Positions 35,736 to 44,026 of a DNA stretch of 64,000 bases are shown piece after piece. Position 1 is the first letter of the stretch. Each line of letters begins with the position of its first letter. Origin of the DNA: Christensenellales bacterium (GTDB taxonomy: Bacteria > Bacillota > Clostridia > Christensenellales > Aristaeellaceae); NCBI GenBank assembly GCA_040776985.1, contig JAXGZL010000003.1, positions 54,970-118,969 of the forward strand, written 5' to 3'. The notes beneath the pieces are model-generated. The model did not search any database, was not told where the DNA came from, and saw only the letters and a list, made by a program, of their open reading frames with translations. Made by a program: the position numbers and the translations under genes.

Positions 35736-35770
35736 AAAGGCCCGCATCCTGTGATGGATGCGGGCCTTTT
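35736..35770. terminator. bidirectional intrinsic terminator (nrdA / nrdR)
   Basis: 14-bp stem AAAGGCCCGCATCC-loop-GGATGCGGGCCTTT, flanked by an A-run and a T-run. Confidence 0.8.
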
Positions 35771-35783
35771 CAGCGAAACAATA

Positions 35784-36266
35784 TCAGTGGCTGCCCAGGT
35801 CGTCCTTCATGCGGTTTTCTTTCATGATGCGGCTGAGCTCATACATGAAGGTGGGGATGTCGGTGAACTGGCGGTAGACCGAGGCGAAGCGGATGTAGGC
35901 CACCTCATCCAGCTCCCGCAGGGCTTCCATCACCCGCTCGCCGATTTGGTGGGTGGTGATCTCCTGCTGCATGCTGTTGTAGGCGAACTGTTCCACCTGG
36001 GTGACAATCCGGTCAATGTCCTGGGCGGCCACCGGGCGCTTGTGGCAGGCGTGGATGATGCCCGCCCGGATCTTGTCCGCGTCAAACAGCTCCCGGGTCT
36101 GATCCTTTTTGATCACCAAAAGGTGGATGGTCTCCACCTTTTCATAGGTGGTGAAGCGCTTGCCGCAGGCGATGCACTCCCGCCTGCGCCGGATGCTGGC
36201 GCCGTCATCGGTTGGCCTGGAGTCCACCACCCGGCTGTCCTCGGAATTGCAAAACTGGCATTTCAT
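35784..36266 (-). CDS. nrdR: transcriptional repressor NrdR
   Basis: MKCQFC...CIACGKRFTTYE zinc ribbon plus an ATP-cone, 160 aa. Confidence 0.93.
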   Translation of the reverse strand: MKCQFCNSEDSRVVDSRPTDDGASIRRRRECIACGKRFTTYEKVETIHLLVIKKDQTRELFDADKIRAGIIHACHKRPVAAQDIDRIVTQVEQFAYNSMQQEITTHQIGERVMEALRELDEVAYIRFASVYRQFTDIPTFMYELSRIMKENRMKDDLGSH

Positions 36267-36392
36267 GGCATCACGTTCCTTGTGCTTTTGGCTGAGTATA
36301 CCGTTTCTTTGAATGTTTGTCCATCAAGCAATCCCATGGAACGCATATTTGATCTGTTCCGTCTATTCAGGTGAATGAGAAGGAGGATTGTC

Positions 36393-37232
36393 ATGAAAAA
36401 ATTGGCCTTAGCACTTGCCCTGATCATATGTCTGATACCGCTGCTTGCCTTGGCTAAAACAAGCGAAGAGGAAGCGCTGGAAAAAGCCTATCAACACCTG
36501 CTGGAACAGCAAGGGGTGGCCAGAGAGGCGCTTAACCCCTATCAATCAGGCTACGATAAAAATGGAAAAAGCTGGCGCTTCAGCTTTTTGCTGAAGGAAA
36601 AACAGGAGGAAACCGACAACCTTTATGTGGTGGTGTTCAGGAATGACGGCAGCCTGGTGGAGATGATCACGCCCAGGCAGCTCAATCCTGTTGAGCGTTT
36701 TAACCGGGATGGCTTTGAAGCCAGGCCTTATACCACAGCCAGTCTGATGGCAATGAAGCAGAAATGGGGGGATCAGCTGGAGCTGCTGATGGCGGAGGTG
36801 GCGCGCAAAAGCAGTTATCCCTCCCAGGATCAGGACTATAAGCTGAATCTGATGCGCGCCCTCACTCTGGACATCAGGCCTGCTGATGCAGGGGCGCTCA
36901 GCCAGGATGAAGCGCGGAAAAAGGCGGAGGCAGCCATTTTGACAGCCGCCCCCTGGTCAGATGAGAAGCTGGCAAAATATGTGCCGCAGGCAGCCTTCCA
37001 CCATGTCTCCAGAGAGCTGGGAAAGCCTGTATGGCAGTTTATCTATGATTTGGATGCGGCATGGCTGGATCAATACGCACAGGTGGCAAGGCTGTTTGGC
37101 GGGCAGGAGAAAATGCCGATTTATGTCAGCGTGCGCGTAGACGCGTTCACAGGGGCCCTGATGGGGGAGGTGGACACGGTCTATGCCATCAAAGATGGTT
37201 ATGCCAATGCACCCTTCAGTTTTGTGAAGTGA
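36393..37232 (+). CDS. secreted protein with two PepSY-like modules
   Basis: Signal peptide MKKLALALALIICLIPLLALA, and two segments shaped like PepSY domains. ATG at 36393 follows AGGAGG. Confidence 0.4.
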   Translation: MKKLALALALIICLIPLLALAKTSEEEALEKAYQHLLEQQGVAREALNPYQSGYDKNGKSWRFSFLLKEKQEETDNLYVVVFRNDGSLVEMITPRQLNPVERFNRDGFEARPYTTASLMAMKQKWGDQLELLMAEVARKSSYPSQDQDYKLNLMRALTLDIRPADAGALSQDEARKKAEAAILTAAPWSDEKLAKYVPQAAFHHVSRELGKPVWQFIYDLDAAWLDQYAQVARLFGGQEKMPIYVSVRVDAFTGALMGEVDTVYAIKDGYANAPFSFVK

Positions 37233-37992
37233 GGCCTGTCCAGGGCTTGGCCAGGGCCTGCATCCAGGCGCCTACATCCATGCCGTAGGCAAGGTTGAGG
37301 CTCTCAGGGCACAGCACCTGGTCCTTGCTGCCCTGGGCCACTGCCTGCCCTTCCTTCATCAGCAGGGCATGGCTGCCATAGAGCCTGGCGATGGACAGGT
37401 CATGCACCACGGAGATCACCGCCTTGCCGGGCTTTTGCACCCACTGCTCCGTCAGTTCAAACAGCTTTTTCTGATAGGGCAGGTCCAGGGCGTCCGCCGG
37501 CTCGTCCAGCATCAGGATAGCGGGGTCTTGGGCCAATACCTGGGCCAGGAAGGCCCGCTGGCGTTCCCCGCCTGACAGGCTCAGCAGGCTCCTGTGCCTG
37601 AAATCAGCCATCCCGGTCCAGTGAAGGGCCTGCTCCACCATGGCATCCCCGCCGGGGTCCTGGCCGGACAGCCAGCCTTTTTTATGGGCATAGCGGCCCA
37701 GGCGCACCACCTCTTCCACCGTGAAGGCATAGTGCACCCCCTGGCGCTGGGACAGCACCCCCACCAGGCGTGCCCGCTGCCTGGGGGACAGGCTTTTGAT
37801 GTTCTGGTTGAGCAGCCGAACCTCCCCCGTAAAGGGCAGGCTGCCAGACAGGGCGGCGATGAGGGAGGACTTGCCCGCCCCGTTGGGGCCAATCACCATC
37901 AGCCACTGGCCTGCCTCCAACGAGAGGCTGACATCCAGCACGGCGGCGCTTAGCCCATAGTGCAGGGACACATGGGAGGCGGACAGCATCAT
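37216..37992 (-). CDS. ABC transporter ATP-binding protein (iron-siderophore/cobalamin type)
   Basis: Walker A GPNGAGKSS, signature LSGGERQR, Walker B ILMLDEP. ATGA overlap with the permease stop sets the start at 37992. Confidence 0.85.
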   Translation of the reverse strand: MMLSASHVSLHYGLSAAVLDVSLSLEAGQWLMVIGPNGAGKSSLIAALSGSLPFTGEVRLLNQNIKSLSPRQRARLVGVLSQRQGVHYAFTVEEVVRLGRYAHKKGWLSGQDPGGDAMVEQALHWTGMADFRHRSLLSLSGGERQRAFLAQVLAQDPAILMLDEPADALDLPYQKKLFELTEQWVQKPGKAVISVVHDLSIARLYGSHALLMKEGQAVAQGSKDQVLCPESLNLAYGMDVGAWMQALAKPWTGLTSQN

Positions 37993-39035
37993 GAACCCCT
38001 CCTGGCCTTGCGGCGAAACAGGATGCCCACAAAGACGCTGGCGCCAATCAGCGAGGTGACCACCCCGATGGGCAGTTCCACCGGGCTTAGCAGGGTTCTG
38101 GCCAGCAGGTCGCACAGCATCAGGAAGATGGCCCCCATCATCAGGGAGGCGGGCAGCAGGCGCTTATGGTTGGGGCCGGTGACCATGCGCACCATGTGGG
38201 GGATGATCAACCCCACAAAGCCGATGGAGCCGCCGATGGCCACGGCCACCCCGATGAGGGCAGAGACGCTGATCAGCATCTCCAGCTTCACCCGGCGAAC
38301 CGGGATGCCGATGTGGTACGCGTTTTCCTCGCCTATCGCAAAGGCGTTCAGCTCCCCTGAGCGCAGCATGACAAGCCCCCCGCAGACCAGCAGCGCCAGC
38401 AGCAGAAGCCCTGACTGGGCATAGTCGCTGCCTGCCAGGGAGCCCATGGTCCAGAAGGACAGGCTGCGCAGCTTTTCCCCGGAAAAGGCCATGATCAGGG
38501 TGATGAGGGAGCTGGCGAACATGGAAAAAATGACCCCCACCAGGATGATGGTGTGGGTGGAAAAGCTGCGGTCAAAGGCATAGGCCAGGCTCAGGATCAG
38601 GATCAGGGCCAGAAAGGCAAAGACGATGGCAGCCAGCATGGTGCCGGCATAGGGCATCCCCGGGATTTGAAAACCAAAGGCTAGCGCCAGCAGGGCGCCA
38701 AGAGCAGCGCCTGAGGACACCCCCAGGGTGGAGCCATCCGCCAGGGGATTGCGCAAAAGCCCCTGCATGGCGGCGCCGCACAGCGCCAGGGCGGCGCCTG
38801 AGAGCGCCGAGGCCAGCACCCGGGGGATGCGCACATGAAGCAGGATGGGGCCGGCCACGCCTGCCGCCTGCGCGCGGCCGGACAGGGCATCCATCACCGT
38901 CTGCCAGGAGGTGTTAAGGGGGAGGGCCACGCTGCCCAGGCTGATGCAGACAAGGGCCGTGAAGACCACTGCCCCTGCCATCATCAGCAGGGTCAGCAGG
39001 TGGAAGCCTTCGCTTGCTTTGTTTTTCTGCATCAT
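37989..39035 (-). CDS. FecCD/BtuC-family ABC permease
   Basis: ~10 TM helices with the FecCD-family pattern. Lies between the binding-protein and ATPase genes. Confidence 0.85.
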   Translation of the reverse strand: MMQKNKASEGFHLLTLLMMAGAVVFTALVCISLGSVALPLNTSWQTVMDALSGRAQAAGVAGPILLHVRIPRVLASALSGAALALCGAAMQGLLRNPLADGSTLGVSSGAALGALLALAFGFQIPGMPYAGTMLAAIVFAFLALILILSLAYAFDRSFSTHTIILVGVIFSMFASSLITLIMAFSGEKLRSLSFWTMGSLAGSDYAQSGLLLLALLVCGGLVMLRSGELNAFAIGEENAYHIGIPVRRVKLEMLISVSALIGVAVAIGGSIGFVGLIIPHMVRMVTGPNHKRLLPASLMMGAIFLMLCDLLARTLLSPVELPIGVVTSLIGASVFVGILFRRKARRGS

Positions 39036-39079
39036 TCAAAAGAGGGGAAAGCGGCTGGCCGCTTTCCCCGGATCGCTCA

Positions 39080-39994
39080 TCAGGCAGCCTTGTCGGCGGC
39101 CGCTTCAAACAACAGCTGGTACAGGGACTGAAGCGCTTCGGTCAGACGGGGGCCAGGGACGGTGAACAGGTCGCTTTCCACATGGATCACCTGGTTTTCC
39201 TTGACGGCGATGATGTCCTGCCAGCCCTTGCGGGCCATGACCTCTTCCTCGGGCCGGGGGCCTTCCCCAAAGTACATGGTGGTGGTGAAGATGTAGTCCG
39301 GGTTGCGGCTGATGACCTGCTCCTCAGACACCTCGGCCCAGGCGGGACTGTCGGCAAAGATGTTGTCAAGGCCCACTTTTGCGCCCAGCTCGTCCATGAA
39401 GCAGCCCTTGCCGGCGGCCCACAGGCCCCAGGCCAGGGGGGAAGCCTCGTAGTAGGCGCTGCCGGCCTTCTTACCGTCAACTTTCTTGACGATCTCATCA
39501 AAGGAGGCGGTCATGTCCGCCACCAGCTTTTCCGCCTCGGCGGTTTTGCCGGTAACCTGGCCCAGCAGGGTGATGGCCGCATAGACGTCGGCGATGTCCT
39601 GGGCATCGGTCACCAGGGTCAGGATGCCGGCTTTCTCCAGGGCTTCGATGTGCTCCACGCTCTGAGCCATCTTGGTCATCACCACCACATCCGGCTTAAG
39701 CGCGATGATCTGCTCCAGGTTGGTTTCCTGGCCGGACTTGACGGCCTCCACCTCCTGCACCTGGGCAGGATAGTTGCAGTATTCGCCCCTGCCCACCACC
39801 GTGTCGCCTGCGCCAATGGCATACAGAATCTCGCAGTCGCCGGGCATCATCACCACCACGCGCTCCGCCGGCTTTGCGAAAGCCAGCTCGCGCCCGGTCA
39901 TGTCGGTCACCTTCAGCTCTTCCGCAAGAGTGGGCACCGTCAGGGACATCAGCATCACAAGGGTCAGAATCAGGGAAAGTCTGCGCTTTTTCAT
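39080..39994 (-). CDS. periplasmic-binding-protein (BtuF/FhuD type) lipoprotein or secreted substrate-binding protein
   Basis: Signal peptide MKKRRLSLILTLVML and a PBP type 2 pattern. First gene after the cobalamin riboswitch. Confidence 0.8.
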   Translation of the reverse strand: MKKRRLSLILTLVMLMSLTVPTLAEELKVTDMTGRELAFAKPAERVVVMMPGDCEILYAIGAGDTVVGRGEYCNYPAQVQEVEAVKSGQETNLEQIIALKPDVVVMTKMAQSVEHIEALEKAGILTLVTDAQDIADVYAAITLLGQVTGKTAEAEKLVADMTASFDEIVKKVDGKKAGSAYYEASPLAWGLWAAGKGCFMDELGAKVGLDNIFADSPAWAEVSEEQVISRNPDYIFTTTMYFGEGPRPEEEVMARKGWQDIIAVKENQVIHVESDLFTVPGPRLTEALQSLYQLLFEAAADKAA

Positions 39995-40039
39995 CAGGGG
40001 TTTCCTCCTCCAGTTGATCAAATGAAACCGGGCAGCCCC

Positions 40040-40245
40040 TTATGGAACTGCCCGAAAGCATACGCGTGTCATCGCGCCCCACCGCAGGAGCTGATCGCAC
40101 GCCTCGGTCTCCCGGCTTGGCTTCATCCGCTCAGACGCCTTCCCGCTTGCGCAGTGGCCGATGGTCTGATTGTCCGCTTCACGGTTACTGGGTTAGCCTG
40201 GAATTTTCATCCATGTTCCCTGGCGCGGGTTGCCCCTTGCCAGGC
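40040..40245 (-). promoter_or_regulatory. cobalamin (B12) riboswitch
   Basis: Minus strand contains ...AGGGAACATGGATGAAAATTCCAGGCTAACCCAGTAACCGTGAAGCGG...GGCCACTGCGCAAGCGGGAAGGC... with the B12 box GCCACTG at 40152-40158, then the hairpin GGGCAG...CTGCCC before the RBS. Confidence 0.85.
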
Positions 40246-40370
40246 GCGCGCAACTGTTCATTTGTCATGTGAAGTATACCCTGCGCACATTACCCTGTCA
40301 ACGCAAAAGGGCCTTGTGCAGGGCCCTTGATGCGGTTACAATCCCCTTAGCAAGATATCAGGAGGCAACA

Positions 40371-40898
40371 ATGGAAAACAACCGTCTGCACCTCTACACC
40401 GGCAATGGCAAGGGCAAGACCACCGCGTCCATGGGGCTGGCCCTCAGGATGATAAGCCACGGGGGCAGGGTGCTGGTCACCCAGTTTATGAAGGACGGCA
40501 CCTCAGGGGAACTGAAGTCCCTTTGTACCTTTCCCAATGTAAAGCTGGTGGAAGGCGCCAAGATGAAGGGTTTTGTCTGGAAGATGGGGGAAGAGCAGCT
40601 GGAAAAGGCGCGGCAGGACATCCGGGATTCCCTTCTGCATCTGGAAGAGGAAATCAAGGCCTATGAGCCCCAGCTGATTATCCTGGATGAACTGGCGGTG
40701 GCCATTGCCACCCGGATGATCAGCGAGGAGGATGCCATCCGGCTGATTGACACCGCCCTTTCATACGGGGAAACGGTGGTCACCGGACGCTATGCCGGGG
40801 AAAAACTGATTGAGAAGGCGGACTATGTCAGCGAGATCCGGGCGGTAAAGCACCCCTTTGATGAGGGGGCGCCAGCCAGGAAGGGGATTGAGTTTTAA
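40371..40898 (+). CDS. cobO: cob(I)yrinic acid a,c-diamide adenosyltransferase
   Basis: P-loop TGNGKGKTTASMG and ~175 aa CobO/BtuR size. ATG at 40371 follows AGGAGG. The upstream ORF extension overlaps the riboswitch and was rejected. Confidence 0.85.
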   Translation: MENNRLHLYTGNGKGKTTASMGLALRMISHGGRVLVTQFMKDGTSGELKSLCTFPNVKLVEGAKMKGFVWKMGEEQLEKARQDIRDSLLHLEEEIKAYEPQLIILDELAVAIATRMISEEDAIRLIDTALSYGETVVTGRYAGEKLIEKADYVSEIRAVKHPFDEGAPARKGIEF

Positions 40899-42382
40899 GG
40901 GCGCCTGATCAGGCGGACGGGAGGGCTTTCCGCAGAATAGGAGGCGCCTGACAGGGTGGTGGTCACCACAAGGGTGTAGCGCCCGCCGGGCGCCGGGTTG
41001 CCGCTGTTGTCCAGCCCGTTCCAGTGCAGGGTGCTGCCTTCGGGCGCCAGGTGGAGGGGCCTTGTGGGGCTGTGGGCCAGCAGGCTTGCCACCAGGGCGC
41101 CTTCTTCGTTGCGGATGGTGGCGGTGAGGGCGCAGGGCCCCTGATGGCGGATGAAGAAGGAGGCCTCCTCCCCCCTTTCCGGCGCGAAAGCCCGTGAGGC
41201 AGCAACCATCAGGCCCGGGTCCTCCACCGTCTGCCGGACAGCCACCAGGGGGCAGACATGGGGAAAGGCCCTGTCCTCCTCCACCGTGGTCAAAAGCATC
41301 AGCAGGTAGCCGGAAAGCGGGCTGTCTGTGCCGCCCAGCTGCAAGCTGGCGCTCTTCCTGCCGGGCAGCAGCAGGCCGCCCTCGTCCCCGGGAGCCGCGA
41401 TGATCTGGGGCGTGTCAAAGCGCCAACTGTCCTCCTCCTGATACACCAGCTGGTAGGCCACCCGGGACGGCTGATGCAGGGTGTAGGAGAAGCTGATGTC
41501 AGGCTCCTCAAGGCTGATCAGCTGGCTTTCCAGGCTGAGGCCTGTGAGCAGGCTTTGGGAATTGTCCGCCAGGGACAGGGGGTAGGAAAAGACGGGGAAT
41601 GGGTCATTCTCCGGATAGATCTGGGGGCTGGAGGCGCCGTAATATAGCCGCTGATGGCGAAACAGCTCCGTCAGCGTCACCAGGCCGTCCCGGTTGCTGT
41701 CCGCGGCAAAGCCGCCTTCCTTTCCGATGCCCATCACCAGGGTCTGGGCGAAATAGCTGCCACCCCTGACAGCGCCCTGGGGGTCTGTCCAGAGGAAGCT
41801 GGGCTCCCGGGCGCCGCTGCTGGTAAGCACCTTGAAGTCGCTGCCGGAAAACAGGGAGGAAACCGCCAGGCTTTCATCCCCCTTGTGGATGGCGGCGCCG
41901 GAAAAACAGGCGTCCAGGATCAGCACCTTGGTGCCTTTGATGTCCTTGAGCGCCTCATAGATGGCGCGGCTGTCAAGCATGGCCTCCTGCTCGCCGTCGC
42001 TTAGCAGGAGGGCGAAGTTGGTCCTGCCCTCCTGGGGGATCAGCAGGCCGTGGGAGCTGAAATAGATCAGGGAGATGTCCTGCTCCCGGGCGTCCCCCAG
42101 CACCCCGCTGGCGAGGGAGGCGAAGGCCTCCGGCCCCAGCGCCCGGTTCACCACCGCCTGGATGGCCTGGTAGCCCCTCTGGTCCTGCATCAGGGCCCGG
42201 CGCAGGCTGACCACGTTGTTGAAAGAGGAGGGCGTGGTTTCAGGCATGGTGACAAAGCGGTCGCTTGAAATCAGGATGGCGCGGAGGGCAGGGGCAGGCG
42301 GCTCTTCCGCCTGATGGGCGTTAAAGAGAGGCATGGCAAGCAGGCAGAGGCACAGACAGATCTGGCGCCATTTTCCTCGCAT
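40895..42382 (-). CDS. secreted caspase-family (peptidase C14) protein with C-terminal FlgD-Ig-like domain
   Basis: Signal peptide, catalytic dyad context IYFSSHG and LILDACFSG, and a C-terminal LHWNGLDNSGNPAPGGRYTLVV FlgD-Ig-like segment. Confidence 0.7.
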   Translation of the reverse strand: MRGKWRQICLCLCLLAMPLFNAHQAEEPPAPALRAILISSDRFVTMPETTPSSFNNVVSLRRALMQDQRGYQAIQAVVNRALGPEAFASLASGVLGDAREQDISLIYFSSHGLLIPQEGRTNFALLLSDGEQEAMLDSRAIYEALKDIKGTKVLILDACFSGAAIHKGDESLAVSSLFSGSDFKVLTSSGAREPSFLWTDPQGAVRGGSYFAQTLVMGIGKEGGFAADSNRDGLVTLTELFRHQRLYYGASSPQIYPENDPFPVFSYPLSLADNSQSLLTGLSLESQLISLEEPDISFSYTLHQPSRVAYQLVYQEEDSWRFDTPQIIAAPGDEGGLLLPGRKSASLQLGGTDSPLSGYLLMLLTTVEEDRAFPHVCPLVAVRQTVEDPGLMVAASRAFAPERGEEASFFIRHQGPCALTATIRNEEGALVASLLAHSPTRPLHLAPEGSTLHWNGLDNSGNPAPGGRYTLVVTTTLSGASYSAESPPVRLIRRP

Positions 42383-42460
42383 TGCCCTCTCCTTTCATGC
42401 AATTGCTTGAGGGCATCGTATCATCCGGCATAAAATGCGTCAAGATTATAAGCCTCGTAT

Positions 42461-42489
42461 TGAAATGCGGGGCCTGATATGCTAAAATC
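42461..42489 (+). promoter_or_regulatory. sigma-A promoter of the hyd maturation operon (extended -10)
   Basis: TTGAAA-17 nt-(TGc)TAAAAT. Confidence 0.6.
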
Positions 42490-42602
42490 ATGGCGGAACC
42501 GATGTGTTCCGTCTTTACACAACAATCAACGGATCCGACCACCAAGTTTCCTGAGTTACATTCCGGATTCTGCGTGAGAGGGGTTGCCATAGACCTGTGA
42601 AC

Positions 42603-42640
42603 AGGATGGCTGCGCCTTTTATCAGAAGCAGCCATCCTGC
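42603..42640 (+). promoter_or_regulatory. 12-bp perfect leader hairpin just upstream of the RBS (attenuator or stabiliser candidate)
   Basis: CAGGATGGCTGC-14 nt-GCAGCCATCCTG followed by CTTGTTT, 20 nt before the 42661 start. No + strand gene ends upstream of it. Confidence 0.45.
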
Positions 42641-42660
42641 TTGTTTAAGGGGGAATCAAT

Positions 42661-42918
42661 ATGGAAAGCAGAATTGCCATCATGGCCATCATCGTGGAGA
42701 ACACCCAGGCGGCGGAGCCTCTCAATGCCCTGCTGCACCAGTATGGGCGCTATATCATCGGCAGGATGGGCCTGCCCTATGACAAAAGGGGCATCAGCCT
42801 GCTGTCGGTGGCCATTGACGCGCCCCAGGATGTGATCTCTGCCCTGACCGGCAAAATCGGCAACATCCCCCAGGTGAGTGTCAAAACGGTTTACTCCAAG
42901 GTGGGGGCCAATGCCTGA
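42661..42918 (+). CDS. TM1266-family iron-only hydrogenase system regulator (ACT/NikR-C-like)
   Basis: 85 aa with RIAIMAIIVEN...GRMGLPY...ISLLSV pattern. Immediately precedes hydE. Confidence 0.75.
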   Translation: MESRIAIMAIIVENTQAAEPLNALLHQYGRYIIGRMGLPYDKRGISLLSVAIDAPQDVISALTGKIGNIPQVSVKTVYSKVGANA

Positions 42919-43963
42919 AGGTCTGACAGGCCTGCTTGATGAGCTGGCGGAGAAGCGCAGCCTGCCTCTGGCGGATTATGCCAGGCTGATTGAGCGCCGG
43001 GATGAGGCGCTGGCGGCGTACGCGGCCACCCTTGCCCGGGAAAAGCGGCGGCAGGTGTATGGGGATGTGGTGTTCATCCGGGGCCTGATTGAGATCAGCA
43101 ATGTCTGCGGAAATGATTGCTATTACTGCGGCATCCGGCGGTCCAACACCCGGTGCGAGCGCTATACCCTGAGCCCGGATCAGGTGATGGCCTGCTGCCA
43201 GGAGGGGCATGCTCTGGGCTTCCGCACCTTTGTGCTCCAGGGGGGCGAGTCCGGGGTGTACACAGTACCCCAGATCTGCGCTCTGGCGCGGGAGATCAAG
43301 CATTCCTTCCCTGACTGCGCCCTCACCCTGTCCCTGGGGGAATATGCCTATGAGGATTACCGGGCCATGCGGGAGGCCGGGGCAGACCGCTACCTGCTGC
43401 GCCATGAGACCGCCAACGCGGCCCACTATGCCGCCCTGCACCCGCCCGGCATGACGCTTGAAAACCGCAGGCGCTGCCTTTTGGACCTTAAAAGATTGGG
43501 CTTCCAGACGGGATGCGGCTTCATGGTGGGCTCCCCGGGGCAAAGCGCCGCAATGCTGGCGGAGGACCTGAAGTTTATTGAAGGCTTTGCGCCAGAGATG
43601 TGCGGCATCGGCCCCTTCATCCCCCACCACGACACGCCCTTTGGCCAGCATCCGGCGGGCAGCATCCCGCTCACCCTGTTTCTGCTGTCCCTGCTGCGGC
43701 TGATTCACCCAAGTCTGCTGCTGCCGGCCACCACCGCCCTGGGCTCCCTGGGGGAAGGGGGCAGGGAGCAGGGCATTCTGGCAGGGGCCAATGTGGTGAT
43801 GCCCAACCTGTCCCCGGTTTCTCAGCGGGAGAAGTACAGCCTGTATGACAACAAGCTGGTAACCGGGGCGGAATCCGCCCAGAACCTGGAGGCGCTGAGG
43901 ACAGGCATCCGCGCGGTGGGCTGTGATATCGCGCTTGACCGGGGGGACCATATCCCCTCCTGA
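42911..43963 (+). CDS. hydE: [FeFe]-hydrogenase H-cluster radical SAM maturase HydE
   Basis: Radical SAM CGNDCYYC motif, BioB-like fold length. 8-nt overlap with the preceding gene. Confidence 0.85.
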   Translation: MPEGLTGLLDELAEKRSLPLADYARLIERRDEALAAYAATLAREKRRQVYGDVVFIRGLIEISNVCGNDCYYCGIRRSNTRCERYTLSPDQVMACCQEGHALGFRTFVLQGGESGVYTVPQICALAREIKHSFPDCALTLSLGEYAYEDYRAMREAGADRYLLRHETANAAHYAALHPPGMTLENRRRCLLDLKRLGFQTGCGFMVGSPGQSAAMLAEDLKFIEGFAPEMCGIGPFIPHHDTPFGQHPAGSIPLTLFLLSLLRLIHPSLLLPATTALGSLGEGGREQGILAGANVVMPNLSPVSQREKYSLYDNKLVTGAESAQNLEALRTGIRAVGCDIALDRGDHIPS

Positions 43964-44026
43964 ACCATCGTTCCCCATATCCCTCTGACGGAAAGATCAG
44001 TCTGACCCAAAGAAAGGAGCATCACC

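Noticed and set aside
37993-38115. 41-codon N-terminal extension of the ABC ATPase ORF. Similar long starts occur at 395, 5091, 22300-23073, 24504, 25734, 26884, 31571, 36375, 40021, 42878, 45372, 59123 and 61069.
   Set aside because: In each case an internal start with a proper RBS or stop-start overlap matches the conserved N-terminus of the family. The extension overlaps a neighbouring gene or regulatory element.
40230-40370. N-terminal 47-codon extension of the cobO ORF given in the ORF track.
   Set aside because: It overlaps the promoter and 5' part of the divergent cobalamin riboswitch, has no RBS, and a strong AGGAGG precedes the internal ATG at 40371.
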